Assembly (NCBI RefSeq): GCF_963853765.1
Contig: NC_088854.1
Coordinates: 50,654,001 to 50,718,000 of the forward strand
Source: Magallana gigas
Taxonomy: Eukaryota
Reading direction: 5' to 3'
DNA length: 64,000 nucleotides
Each line of letters starts with the position of its first letter. The stretch's first letter is position 1. Shown in pieces: positions 52,501-64,000 of this stretch. A program made the translations under genes and the position numbers. The notes beneath the pieces were generated by a model, which made no database searches, had not been told where the DNA came from, and worked only from the letters and a program-made list of their open reading frames with translations.

Positions 52501-55500
52501 CTAGCTGTTGATACATTGCCCCCATTCTCGTTTCTCCCAACTGGTATGAATAGTGTACTTTATTTGTGTTTTACTATATAGCATGATGTAGTACATGTAT
52601 TTATTCCATATATCGTGTTATAAAGTAGGTATTAGTACGAACAATCAATCGAAAGCATTAAGATAATTAAGTTAAGAAGGTCATTGTGGGCAACAACTAA
52701 TAAAGTTATTACTATCTTCATTTTAACATAAAAGGATATTCTTTTCTAACAATTGAATTCGATTGATTGATTGATTGATTGATTTAGTCAATCCGCTTCT
52801 GTAGATAGTTTAGTACGTCTCTTGATCATGTCATATTATGAACTATAATACCAATAATGATAACATTATAATGATGATAATATCATAAAATACTGATAAA
52901 TTACAACACTTTACAACGCTATAAAACCTTTGCACATATATTTGTATTTTGTGCATACGTCTATTTCACTTACAATCCCTTTCCCCGAACATATTTAAAA
53001 ATTGCACTTGTTTTATCATAAAATCCTTCACAAACATCAAGTGAGTAAAGAATTACATCATGTTCCTCCGTACAAAACACAATATAGTTGAAAATTTAGT
53101 GTCTCTCATTTGACTGAAACCTAATTATAGTAAAAGTAAAACCGTTATATTTTTTCAAATCTATGGTACTTAAATTTAATATAGTAATTTTGATTTGGTC
53201 ATACAAATATCGGAATATTTTTATTTCAAATATCTTTTGCGTGCTTTTATTCATATACCTGCACACTCCTCTTCAGTTAACAACCTTGCCTGCAAATCAT
53301 ATTCATAAATGTTTATGAAGTCAGTAAGAAGTGTATTCTAAAAATGATAATGAACAAATAAATTATAATTTATGTGAATTGTTATGGAATGATAATCGTT
53401 TTATTCATATGAAAATAGTTTTATACAGTTTATGCGTAATGATATCATATTTTAGATTTTTGTTTTAATATCTCAAATTATATTAGATTTTAGATTTTTG
53501 TTTTAATTACTCGAATTTTCTGCTCACAATTTCTCAGGAACGGGAAGTGGATTGCAACTTCCTACGAATGGTATGTTTTTTATGATTCTTTTTCAGTTAA
53601 TTTCATTTTGTATCATTAATACATGAAAGACAAAAATAAAGTCTTACCTCTTTCCAAATTTTGAAGGGATAATGTCGATTTAAAGAATCAGTTTTTTTAT
53701 TTATCACCCATTGAATAACTTGTATTTATAATATAAATTGTCGAAGAGTTTAAATCAAATTTGGGGAGATATTTTTTTTTAAACTATATTTTACCTATGT
53801 TCTAGGTCAGGGAGGACAAGGTAAGTTTCCCCTTCACCTTGCTTCAAAAAATGTACCTTTTTGGAACCCGCTTTTTTAAACTAATTTTAGTTGAAGCTAT
53901 TCCGGATATAGTATCTCTTAGCTATAGATTTGGGGTTTTTTTGCGTTTGACGCAAATTCATACCCCCTTTTTTTTAAATGGAATGCAAAATGGGATGTTA
54001 AAAAGCTGTTAAAGAGTATATGATTATGAATGATTGTAAATTTGTACTGTGTGATTACTTGACAAAACTAAATCCAGGGACAGTCCGTTATTAAAATCAT
54101 TTATTGCTAAATGAGTAAATGTTTAACATTTACAGATTAGGCAGAATGAAACTTGTAAACTAATAAATCCGTTTTGATATTGCAAGAAACGTTTATTTAT
54201 GTAACAAAGCGGCAAATATTACATACAAAATGTTGACATATGCATCATACGGTAGATGATGAAAAAGTTAACAGCTTTGTACTATTCTTCTTGGCATCCC
54301 TTTTGAACAAATATTTTATCGTTGCATATTATAAATGTTGAGTAGCACCTTGGTATAAATCTTCCACATTGCATCAACATGTAACAATATTTAATGACAT
54401 TGTTGAACGAAAAAATGCATAGTATCTCATTTACCGGGTGTATCTAGTTTCATAAAAAGTTAGTGAGCTTTCCATAATTGAAATACATACTAAAACATAT
54501 GTATCCACATAAAAGCACCCAAAGCAACTTTTCAGACGAATTACTTTTTTAAATTAATTAGGAGGAATCCCAGGTGGATTAAATCTTCCAAACGGTATGT
54601 AAAAAGTATACATTTTCTATGTAAGTGAATAATGTTAATTTGTCAACTGTAACAATAGTTTAACATTCAAAAAGGCAATATTTGCGTTAATTTACTGATT
54701 TATGATAATCATGCTACATGTATAATTTTGTCTTTGTAGTACCCGGTGGATTTAATTTTCTGAATGGTATGTAACATTACAACATTGTAACAATACAAAT
54801 AGTTTGTAATTTAAAGAAAGAGAAAAAAAGATGAACCTATAAAATCTAATAAATTTAATTTTCATTTAAGATACGTATATGGGTAAAACGTAAACATAAC
54901 TGTCAGCTATTTCAATGATTAGGAGATTCTGATTTGTCTAGTTGAGGATAGTTTATTGAACCTTCGTTTCGAGATTGCTTTTCTCATTATTAGGCGGAGC
55001 ACCTGGTGGATTAAATCCTCAAATTGGTTTGTAATTGTCTATTCATTTACTATGTGTAACAAACTTTTTTAATAACTGCAAATGAACATTGAAATTGACA
55101 ATCGAAACATTTGGTCAAAAAAGTCTGATATTATGATGTAAAACGTTTAGGTGCTACAGCTTCTTGGTATGATCATTAACAACGAAGCTTTAAATTCATT
55201 TTGTAAATGCAAGGCAGTCTCTATCTGAAATAATTTTTTAACCTATTTATTTCGTAGGATCTGGAGCACCAGGTGGATTTAATTTTCTCAATGGTATGTA
55301 AAATTGTTTCTATTTTACGTTGTGCTTTTTTCCGATAGTTGTATGGTCATAAGTAATGTTATTGATATATTCGGAATTGGTTTTATTTTTTTCTGAAACA
55401 ATCATTCAAAAAGGATATGCATAAAATAAATGTATAAATATTTAGATAAGTGTTAGAAGACGCATCTAAATCTTACTTATAAGGTTATATATGATATGTT

Positions 55501-58500
55501 GTGTGACGTTAATAATTCGTGTAAAAAATGCTTTATCTATGATCCATCTCATTTAATTTGCAGGCCAAAACGGACAGGGTAAGATTTAGCATGTTTAGGC
55601 TAAAACTTCTTTGCTTAAAATCATTATATACCTAATAAAATTTGTCTACCGATAACTTTGATTGGTTTCTTGTTTTAGGAATAGGTTCAATTTCTCCATT
55701 CTCATTCCCGACTGGTACGAACTAAACCTAATTGGACCTAAACGTGTACTCTGCACATTATAGAATAGTATGCAACATGTATCGCAATATATATATATGT
55801 TCGTACATATATAGCGTTTACGAACTTCAGTGTTTGAATTATGTATCGTTGGTTCGTTTGTTTAGCTTGATGCTAAAATAAATCAATATTTCAGTAAGAT
55901 TTGATAAGTAAATCTTCGTTAATGTAAGAATCAAATTGGGACATGCAAGAAAAGTGATTTGCTTTTTTTCTTTTGTATCCAATTTATATGTACATCCATG
56001 ATTTCATTTAAAAATTGTTGGCTGAATCATTTATTCAAGCTACATTTTAAGTTGATGTTCGTTTAAAAGATATTTTGATTATGATTATTAAAACCACTTT
56101 TATCTAAAACCTATCTTTAAAACGTAATCCTTTTTATCTAAACATGTAAATATTGATTAAGAACATTCAAAACATTTTATCTAACTAATTAATTTCACTA
56201 TCAATCCTTAAGTGCAACTTTTTCGTTCTCTTCGGTTTTGACACATATATGTGCTCGCTTAATTTCTATATTCATCATATATAACAAATATGTTAGTGAC
56301 TATATTTTAGATATCATATATATTTTAGGGGCTCAATTTTCTAGTATTTTGCGGAACTCTTACCCATGCTTAAACCCCATAACAGTGGTTGTAACACTGC
56401 CTTTACTTTTTATATACACATGAAAAAAACAAAGAAATAAAAAAAAGTGACAATGCATGAAAATTTAACCCACACTTTATAACGATTCCACAGTAATCTT
56501 TAGGTGAAGGATTTAGTTTTATTAGCATAGTACACATGCCATATTATGTCATTGTCAAAGTTATTCTTAGTCGTTGATTCTTTAAATGTTGTTTTAGTGT
56601 TAAAGATCAATTTACAAATAAAAATATTATCTGTTAAGTACTCATAAAAGATAGATTACGTTCAGGTAAGCATACTTAGTGTGTCTGCGAAAGGTTTTGA
56701 TAAACAGCTGTTGCAAAGAAACTCAACTTGAAATTTCATGAAATTGATAAAATATATGATTCTTCATTTTTTCAGGAACTACTGGGGGGCTTCAACTTCC
56801 AACCAATGGTATGTATATTTGAATTCTTTTTACTTTTTTGTAGGTGTTAGTTAATTTTACCAAGGTTAAGATTATTTTCTCTCTGTTACATTGTCTTCAG
56901 ATAAGAATAATACGATTATAAAGTTGGGTCACAAGTTTTAAGTAAATATAAAGTTCTGAACTTTCAAGAATAAAACAATTAATATTTTTACTTCTTTTTA
57001 GCCCAAGGCGGGCAAGGACAGGGTAAGTTTAAGTTATCTCAATGACATGTTTGCGAAATATTATTTTCAAAGATAATATCTATACGAAGCTTTGTGAACA
57101 CGTACATTTTACATGTATAATTGTAATTCTGTTACAAGCAATATACGACATACTATTTTCTACTTTAAGGAGGAGCTGCTGGCGGGTTGCAGCTACCAAA
57201 TAATGGTATGTGATTCTCCAATCACTGTAATAATCATATTTGAAATTACTTTTTGCACTGTGTATGCACAGTAAATATAGTTTTTCGCTTTGGTTGTGAT
57301 AGGTTTACCAGAACTAGTATATAAAAGGATGAAATTGTTAATAACTGAACAAGTGTTTGTTGTCACAAAAACAGACAAATCCTGAGAATTTCAACTATAA
57401 ACTATTAGCAGATACGTTGTTTACACTCGAATGCTGGACATCGTCACACATAAATGAAAATGAATTCTATGAAATATTGTTTAAAATATATTTTTAAAGC
57501 AAAACAAATATCTTTTGACAATAAGGTACAAACAAATATTCGCTGGGTTTTTTCCCAAGACTCATTTACAAAATTTTGATTATCTACTTATTATCAAATG
57601 TACTAACAAAATAGCTAATATATTTTTAGATGTTAATGTATATCAGTTAAATGAAAGTGAAATTATTTTTCTTCATCAAAACAGCAGGAGGTCGATGGAA
57701 TCAAGGTATCCTGCACGCAATAATTAACATAATATACAACTTTTACATTTAGTAATTATAATTTTATTATTTTGAGATTAAAAACAAAACTTTCTACTAA
57801 AAAATATTTGATTAATTGTTCTTAAAAGTTATTAGAAATAACATTGTTTAATGATTGATACTATTTTAATTGTTTCTAATTTGCTAGTCAATGGATGATA
57901 ATTCAAAATCTTTAATTCAGAATAATGATACTTTCTTCATTTAAAAGAACTTTTAAACGCTTTAAAATCACCTAAAAAATCTAACAAATCAGGCAGCTTA
58001 AATGGAAACAAATATCAACTATTTTGTTAATGTTAAAAAAACCTTGGAAGTAGTCCTTAAAAACTATTCCAAACAGAAATTTTACCCAATTCGTTGTTTA
58101 CATTTGATTAGTTTTACCACAACAAATTCAACAACGATCTTTCCCCCGAGTCAATTCAGGTACAAAACCGCTGTTTAATTAGCTATTCAATGTCTGTTGC
58201 TTATCTTTGTCAAGCATTTATAAAAAGAATTTATTGTCATGAGATTCTTAAAAACAAAACGAAAATTATTGTAAAAACATTTTCTTCATCTAATTGATTA
58301 TTATTCAACTATTAGCAATTTTACAAATATGAACATGAATATCAACTCGGTATCTTTAAAGCATTTTGTATTGATAGAAAAACATCCAATAAGATTCATA
58401 CAATTCTCCTGTGCAGAAAGGCTACTGGTTATTTGTGATCTGACGTTTATTTTGACTTAAAACGCATGATTGAATAAATGTTGCAAGTAATGCCGGTCAT

Positions 58501-61500
58501 GCTATCTGTCGTTGTTATATTTGTAAGGTCTTTGGTATTGATTTGTATTCATATACATTTGTATTTTTACTTTATCATTTCAAACAATACGGAATTACTT
58601 TACAATAATAATTTTAAATTATTTTTGCAGCACAAGGTTTACAACAAGGGAACCTGGGTAAGTTATACAAATAATCACGTGTAGTCATGTTTTATACCAG
58701 CCTCTTAATCATTTACTTTTAAGAAAGACGGCCAAAGTTAACAGTTAGCGTGTTAAGATATAAAATTAATCAGAAAATTGTGATATGTTTTAGCTGGCAG
58801 TCCTTTCACAGAGGTTGTTGGTGGGTCAACAAACTGGGATTCACTAGGTCTTGCTATTTTGTGTATTTCATGCATTTAAGTTCAATATTGTAGAGTAGAT
58901 AACTATTAAGAGTAGAGTAGATAACTATTAATATCGTTCTATTTTTGACTTTGTAAGTTCCAACATTATTTTATAGGGCAAACTCAAACACCTGCTGCAT
59001 GGATGCAAGGAGGTAGTGTGTATTCTGTAATTTAAGTTTTCTTACATTATTGTGGCAACGTTTTATTTTCTTTGTTGTACAATTAAAAACACAAATTACT
59101 ACTTCTTAAATTTAGGACTTCCAAATCTTAGTGGCAATGGACAACCTAATCCTTTAGGTGCACAGAATAATCCATTACAAGGTTTAGAGATTATTTTATA
59201 CAACCACTTTCTGTTTAAATAATGTGAATTTTTAATCAAATATCTTATAATAAACATTATTGCATATACTTTATAGCAAATGGTCAAAACGGAGGATTAC
59301 CACTTAATCCATTTGGACAAAGCCCACCATTTCAGGGTTTGTGTTACTATACATTTATTTTCTTTTAAGTACATTTACAAATGTGTTTAAGAAAAAATCA
59401 TTATATCAATATTCTATTTCGAAGGACAACTTCCCTTCCAAATGCCAAGTGGCAATCCTATTGGTGGAAACAATGGAGCACAAGGTATTGATAACTAAAC
59501 ACAATATATTCGTCGAGAAATTATAAATATCAAAATAAATGTTGTATTTTAGAAGTTTTGTTTACATTTATATTGTTTGATAGCTTAATTTTAATTTTTG
59601 TTTAAGGGTCGAATAACCAGAATCCATGGACGCCATCAACTCGTAAGCTTAGTGTTTTAGTGGTGTAGATTAGCATGTCAAAATTCATTCATTCTGAAAC
59701 ATATCAACTCTCTTCTCGAGAAGTTATCGACTTGAATAAATGCTATATATTAATTGAATTTGTCATTCTTTTATGTAACGAGTTTAACAATGTAACAAAA
59801 GTAATGCAAAGCATTATTTTGAACTAGGGTAAATTGTTAAGTAACGAAAGAATTTCATCACATTCATAAGATTTTCTATATTTCTGATTTTGTAAATGAT
59901 TTGTTTAGAACGCATTACCATTCTTAAAATGTTGTTTGCTTTTGATATGTAAAGATTTTTTGAGAATATAAAAAAAAGTAAAATAAATGATTTTATTATA
60001 GTTAGTTAACTATGAAAACATTATATAAATTCACATCAAGTTGTAAACTTCAATTATTCTTTTTCATTCACAGCAACACAACAGCAAAATACAGGAGTTT
60101 CAGGTAAATAGTTGGTAGATAAGCTATGGAACAACTCGACTTTAATATGCACCTGTTACCGACCTAGCTTAACTATTCTTTTTTTTTTTTTTTTTTTTTT
60201 TAGATCTTTTGCCCGGTTTTACATTTCCAGACAATTCTGCATTGACCTCCAATCCGGGTAATGGAGGAACAACGACTCAAGGAGGAGGCATTGATTTGTC
60301 CTCATTATTTAACCAAGGTTCAGGAACAGAGACACCGTCTATTGATTTCGCATCTCTTTTTGGGAATACTGCAGGTTCAGATACAACCCAGACATCGCCA
60401 GACACAAATCTTCAGAATCTTTTCCAAGCCATGCAAAATGCAGGACCTCCTCCAGGAAACAATGCAAATAATGGAAACCAGGCTTCTAACCCCTTTGCAG
60501 GTCTCACTGCTGGTAATCAGCCATCTCAAGGTTCACAAAGTACTAATCCTTTTGGTCTTCCGGGTAACATTCCATTTAGCGCAAACCAAGGTTCGCCATT
60601 TGGTGGAGCCCCGGGAGGTAACCCATTTCAGACATTTCAAGGTAATCCTGGAAACCCAACAAGTGGTATCCCAGGTCTAAATACAGCAAATTTCGGAAAT
60701 CAGGATAACTCGCAATCATCTGGTGCCCAAGGTAATAATCCATTTGGAAATATTCCTTTTGGTGGAATGCCGGGCCTTCCAGCCCCAGGAGGACAAGGAA
60801 ACAATCCTTTTGGCGGTCAACCTGGTTCTAATCCGTTTGCTGGACTCCCAGGTTTAGGAGGTTTTCCAGGGGGAAATATGACCGGACTTCCATTTGGAGG
60901 TGCTGGAGGATTACCGCCCTTTATGCCCGGATTCCCAGGAGGATTTCCCCAGCTGCCCCCAAATGGTGGAGGTTGGTCGAATTCTTTTTATCATTTGATT
61001 GTTAGATTGTCCAGTGACAGAAAAATGTGTTGGTTTAGTATTTCAAACTTAATTGCATTGCTATTTTAGTTTCGCAAACTCGTCAATCTACCGCATCAAC
61101 AGTTGTGCGATGCTGTTTAATATAAAAATTAAAATAGCAGCTGTAAATAGGTTCGAAAATATTGCATGCAAAATGTAATACAGTTAAGGTTTTCCCTGTA
61201 GTAACATTTGCATGCATTTGGAATTTCAATAATTAGTAGAGTGGTTCAATGTACGAATGGAGCTTTTTATTTTGTCCTAGGTACTGGAAATAATCAGGAA
61301 ACTCCAGGTGTGTTTAACCCTCCCGCATCACAAATGGGTGAGCAATATATATGTGTGTGTGTATTCGGACTTGATATATTAAAGGGGAATTATAATGTGT
61401 ATTTAATGCAAGCACCCTTTGTGCATGCCGATATTGTAATATATGATACACCCAGGTAGCTTTTTCTGTAATTTTATATTTATGTGTCTGTAATGACAAT

Positions 61501-61982
61501 TGGAGACTGCATAAAACTCAAAATAATTGTTAGATATAGCACTGGTATATAGCAGGGGCTGATGGTGGCACCTCCTCACTATTTCCCTTTTCTGTATTCC
61601 CTGTAGACTTTTTACAAGGATTAGGAACAGCAAATACCCCTTTCCCTGGTTCCTCTAGTGGTGAGCTTTAGTTTTTAGCATTATATATAGTTCAAAATAT
61701 TATTGGTGTTATTGTTTTGTGTCTTTGATTTGCAGTACTAGAATATTATTCATGTAATATCAACTGTATATTTTCTTGTTGTAAAAATGCTTATTTTAAT
61801 ATCTCTCTTCATAAACAGGTGGTCAAGGGTCAGGAAACAGTCCATTTTCCAGCCAGTCGTCTATTCCTTCCAACAGCCCGTTTTCCGGCTCATCGTCGTC
61901 TGGTACCGATCCATTCAGTAGTTTTAGAGGAACTGATCTTACTAACATACAAATTCCCGGAACATCACCATTTTCTCGGTGA
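40517..61982 (+). CDS. Secreted low-complexity G/P/F/N/Q-rich protein encoded by at least 46 exons (~900-990 aa)
   Basis: Signal-peptide exon 40517-40568 (MSLLLAFGFLLLIPSSQ). Then 40863-41054/41261, 41852-41902, 42004-42057, 42192-42221, 44276-44314, 44603-44641, 44936-44986, 45193-45228, 45345-45380, 45913-45939, 46484-46534, 46741-46776, 46893-46928, 47461-47487, 48395-48430, 49056-49070, 49191-49226, 51056-51091, 51234-51269, 52046-52060, 52505-52543, 53538-53570, 53806-53820, 54562-54594, 54740-54766, 54994-55026, 55258-55293, 55564-55578, 55679-55714, 56776-56808, 57002-57022, 57170-57205, 57685-57705, 58112-58159, 58631-58657, 58794-58847, 58977-59012, 59277-59336, 59425-59484, 59607-59642, 60074-60103, 60204-60971, 61281-61337, 61553/61607-61660 and 61819-61982 (TGA). 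All are AG/GT bounded, multiples of 3 and phase 1. Confidence 0.85.
44800..47880 (+). repeat. Tandem duplication of a ~1.55-kb, 4-exon unit
   Basis: GTCAGGTGCTTGTGTTACACTACCA at 44822 and 46370 (period 1548); the exons GQQIPF.., GQGQGLP.., AFEFQSP.. and GAG.NQGNN each occur twice. Confidence 0.95.
46010..46170. mobile_element. Palindromic repeat element (second copy ~47555-47710; fragment ~19882-19920)
   Basis: AAGGAATCATTCTT..TATTATGAGGT..GGGGCGT arm pairs with ACGCCCC..ATCACCT.ATAATATT..AAGAA.GATTC; three occurrences in the window. Confidence 0.6.
47995..48188. mobile_element. Short MITE-like element
   Basis: Imperfect TIRs TACAGGGAAATATTCGCCCGTTTTA and TAAACGGGGCAAATATAACCCTGTA. Confidence 0.55.
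49783..50248. mobile_element. Kolobok-like MITE (466 bp)
   Basis: TTAA TSD at 49779-49782 and 50249-50252; TIR AGGG(A/G)CATGGT(G/C)ACGATTTT with purine-start termini. Confidence 0.8.
52256..52430 (-). mobile_element. tRNA-like head within a repeat ending in GAGGTACC|TTAA
   Basis: On the minus strand, box A TAGCTCAGTGG and box B GGTTCGAACCC with an unpaired anticodon stem; ends at a Kolobok-like terminus at ~52430; the opposite terminus was not found. Confidence 0.55.
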
Positions 61983-62091
61983 TGATACTTGATCTCAAAA
62001 CTACAAATTAACTGAGGCTAAAGTGATCGTTTTGTTTGAGAACTAACAACCCTCTTCTCAGAAGTTCTTGTGGCTATGGTTTATGAAGTAA

Positions 62092-62182
62092 AATAAAACT
62101 ATCAAACATCCTGTTGACTGAATATTAGTTTGTTTTGTTGGAATAAAATGCATGTATTGATACTAATTCTTTTCTGAATAAA
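62092..62182 (+). terminator. Candidate polyadenylation signals of the micro-exon gene
   Basis: AATAAA at 62092, 62142 and 62177, 110-200 nt after the TGA. Confidence 0.55.
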
Positions 62183-63148
62183 TGAATGACCTTTTTTGTA
62201 TTTCTCTTTATCATTTTATTAACAATAAAATATGATAATGGTTAAACACAAATTACACTACAGAATAAAGAAGAATTTATTATTCAACCAACGTTAATAT
62301 TTAATGAAAATTTAAAAAAATGTATTACAAAATTAAATGCATGGATTTATCCTTTTTTTATTTATAGTTTTATCTGATGGAGTATTGTATGAGTTGATTT
62401 TATGAAAAGATTCATTGGAACTTGAAATTTTCTGACAAATATATTTTTATTTCTAATTTCATATTTTTTAACAGAAATGCAATATGCGATTGATTGTTAA
62501 ATGATTAAAAGTCTTATAATTGAAAGAAAATTCATGCGAATATTACTTATCATGTTCCGTAGCCATCAAATTGTTATATAGCTATTCCTTAAAGTCGTTT
62601 AAAGGTAATTTCAAACTGGTTTTCAAGGTAAGATTGACACGTCATACAAAAGAGGACCTATGTACTGAAGTTTATTCTTGTTATGCTTACCTAATTTGCT
62701 TCAGGTGAAAATGTGTCATTCAAAAGATAAAAGTGCCTCACCTGACTGGTCCTTTTTGTCTTTTAGATTCCTTTAGCAATCCACCACACTATAAACTATG
62801 TATATATATATATACAAGAAAACTATTATTTTTTTCTTTTTTGTGCTTGAGATTATATTAACATTGTCTATTTTGTATTTCTTTTTTGCACCTTTGACAA
62901 CACATTAACATCAGTCTCTAATACTTATCCTGCATGACTTGCATGATTCAGTATAGTGCATGACAGTGGTAGATGTGTCATTTATTATACAGGTTATTTT
63001 ACAAAAAAGTGATAAAAATTTATTTATGATGAATATATTCTTTTAAATTAAATACGATTGTTCAATATAACATATATCATAGATAATAATAACAGAATTT
63101 TATGACTTGAAAGAAATGTGATATTTAGAGAATACGTTGCTTTTACAG

Positions 63149-63208
63149 GCAACTCAATGACAACGGAGCCACCCCCACCTTTAGTGTTTCCAGCTAACTC
63201 AAACAATG
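63149..63208 (+). other. Orphan symmetric phase-1 exon (GNSMTTEPPPPLVFPANSNN)
   Basis: TTTTACAG acceptor, GTGAGT donor, 60 nt, open in phase 1, with composition like the upstream micro-exons. Confidence 0.55.
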
Positions 63209-64000
63209 GTGAGTCTTTTGTAAAGTATATAGAAGTCCTCATTGAATACTGTTTTCAAACCAATATTTATTTGCATTTTGGAAACTAAATGATAGAACGA
63301 TACGAATTCCACATAATTTTGTAACTTTTAAAGTCATCAATCAAAAGAAAAAATCATGTTCAAAAGACATTAAAGATACTTAAAAGTTAACTAAAAGTAT
63401 GCTGGTCATTTTTTATATCAGGGCAGGCCTATATTTTTTAGACCTTTTCATTTTAACTAAAGGATTTTTACTTTCGTCATTTACCTTAGCATTGCCGACT
63501 GTCATCAGTTTCAAAATCATACAGGCTTAATACGATCACTTTATGTATTATTTATAAGAATTGATGGTGTTTTTGCTGATATAAGTGATAATTTTCTACG
63601 AGGACACACGAACCTTCAACCAAATATTATCCATGTATCATTCTTTATCATTTCGATTTGCACCCTTTCATTTTATTCTGACAAAACTGACCATAATTTG
63701 AAATGAATTGTAGCCGCCGATAGTAGACCAGGAAGAATCATGGCGGTTATTGACATGACAAATGCAAATGAGCAGAACTTGTCTACGATGATAAAAGTAT
63801 TATCGAATATGCTCAATGCCAAAAGTGAGTTGCACAAGCAACGCATATTGATTGAGGCTCAAAATAAAAGCTTTTCCTGTTTGCACAACTTTTGATTACT
63901 TGCACGGGCACTACATACAATATTTCGGATTGTTTAACTCCGTTTGTATCGTTGTTCTGTTAAATTCGTTAATAATGTTTGTTGTCGGTAACCGGGAATT

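Noticed and set aside
60204-60971. NPF motifs as EH-domain endocytic ligands, or nucleoporin identity
   Set aside because: The N-terminal signal peptide implies secretion and no folded adaptor or Nup domain is present; more likely aromatic sticker motifs.

Overview
AT-rich animal genomic DNA with spliceosomal introns, one 131-N gap and abundant MITE/hairpin repeats; a bivalve such as an oyster is inferred from repeat style and frequent TACATGTA. All gene models were spliced by hand and checked for GT-AG and frame. (1) Two tandem minus-strand caspase paralogues. A (18362-9439, 9 exons, 659 aa) is complete with STHG/QACRS. B (4421-1693) runs off the left edge. Both carry an N-terminal alpha/beta domain resembling a TIR/SEFIR fold that appears to be diverging rapidly between copies. 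(2) A 10.4-kb Mutator-like element (18542-28988, 9-bp TSD ATAATAAAG, four palindromic subterminal repeats per end) encodes a WRKY/GCM1-MULE DDE-SWIM-Ulp1 protease-PHD protein and sits between caspase A and (3) a divergent zeta-crystallin/quinone oxidoreductase gene. (4) A 21.5-kb gene (40517-61982) with at least 46 coding exons, all internal ones symmetric phase 1 and 42 of them micro-exons, encodes a secreted G/P/F/N/Q-rich protein with no Lys, Cys, Tyr or His. The best candidates for novelty are the micro-exon gene and the TIR-like-caspase array.
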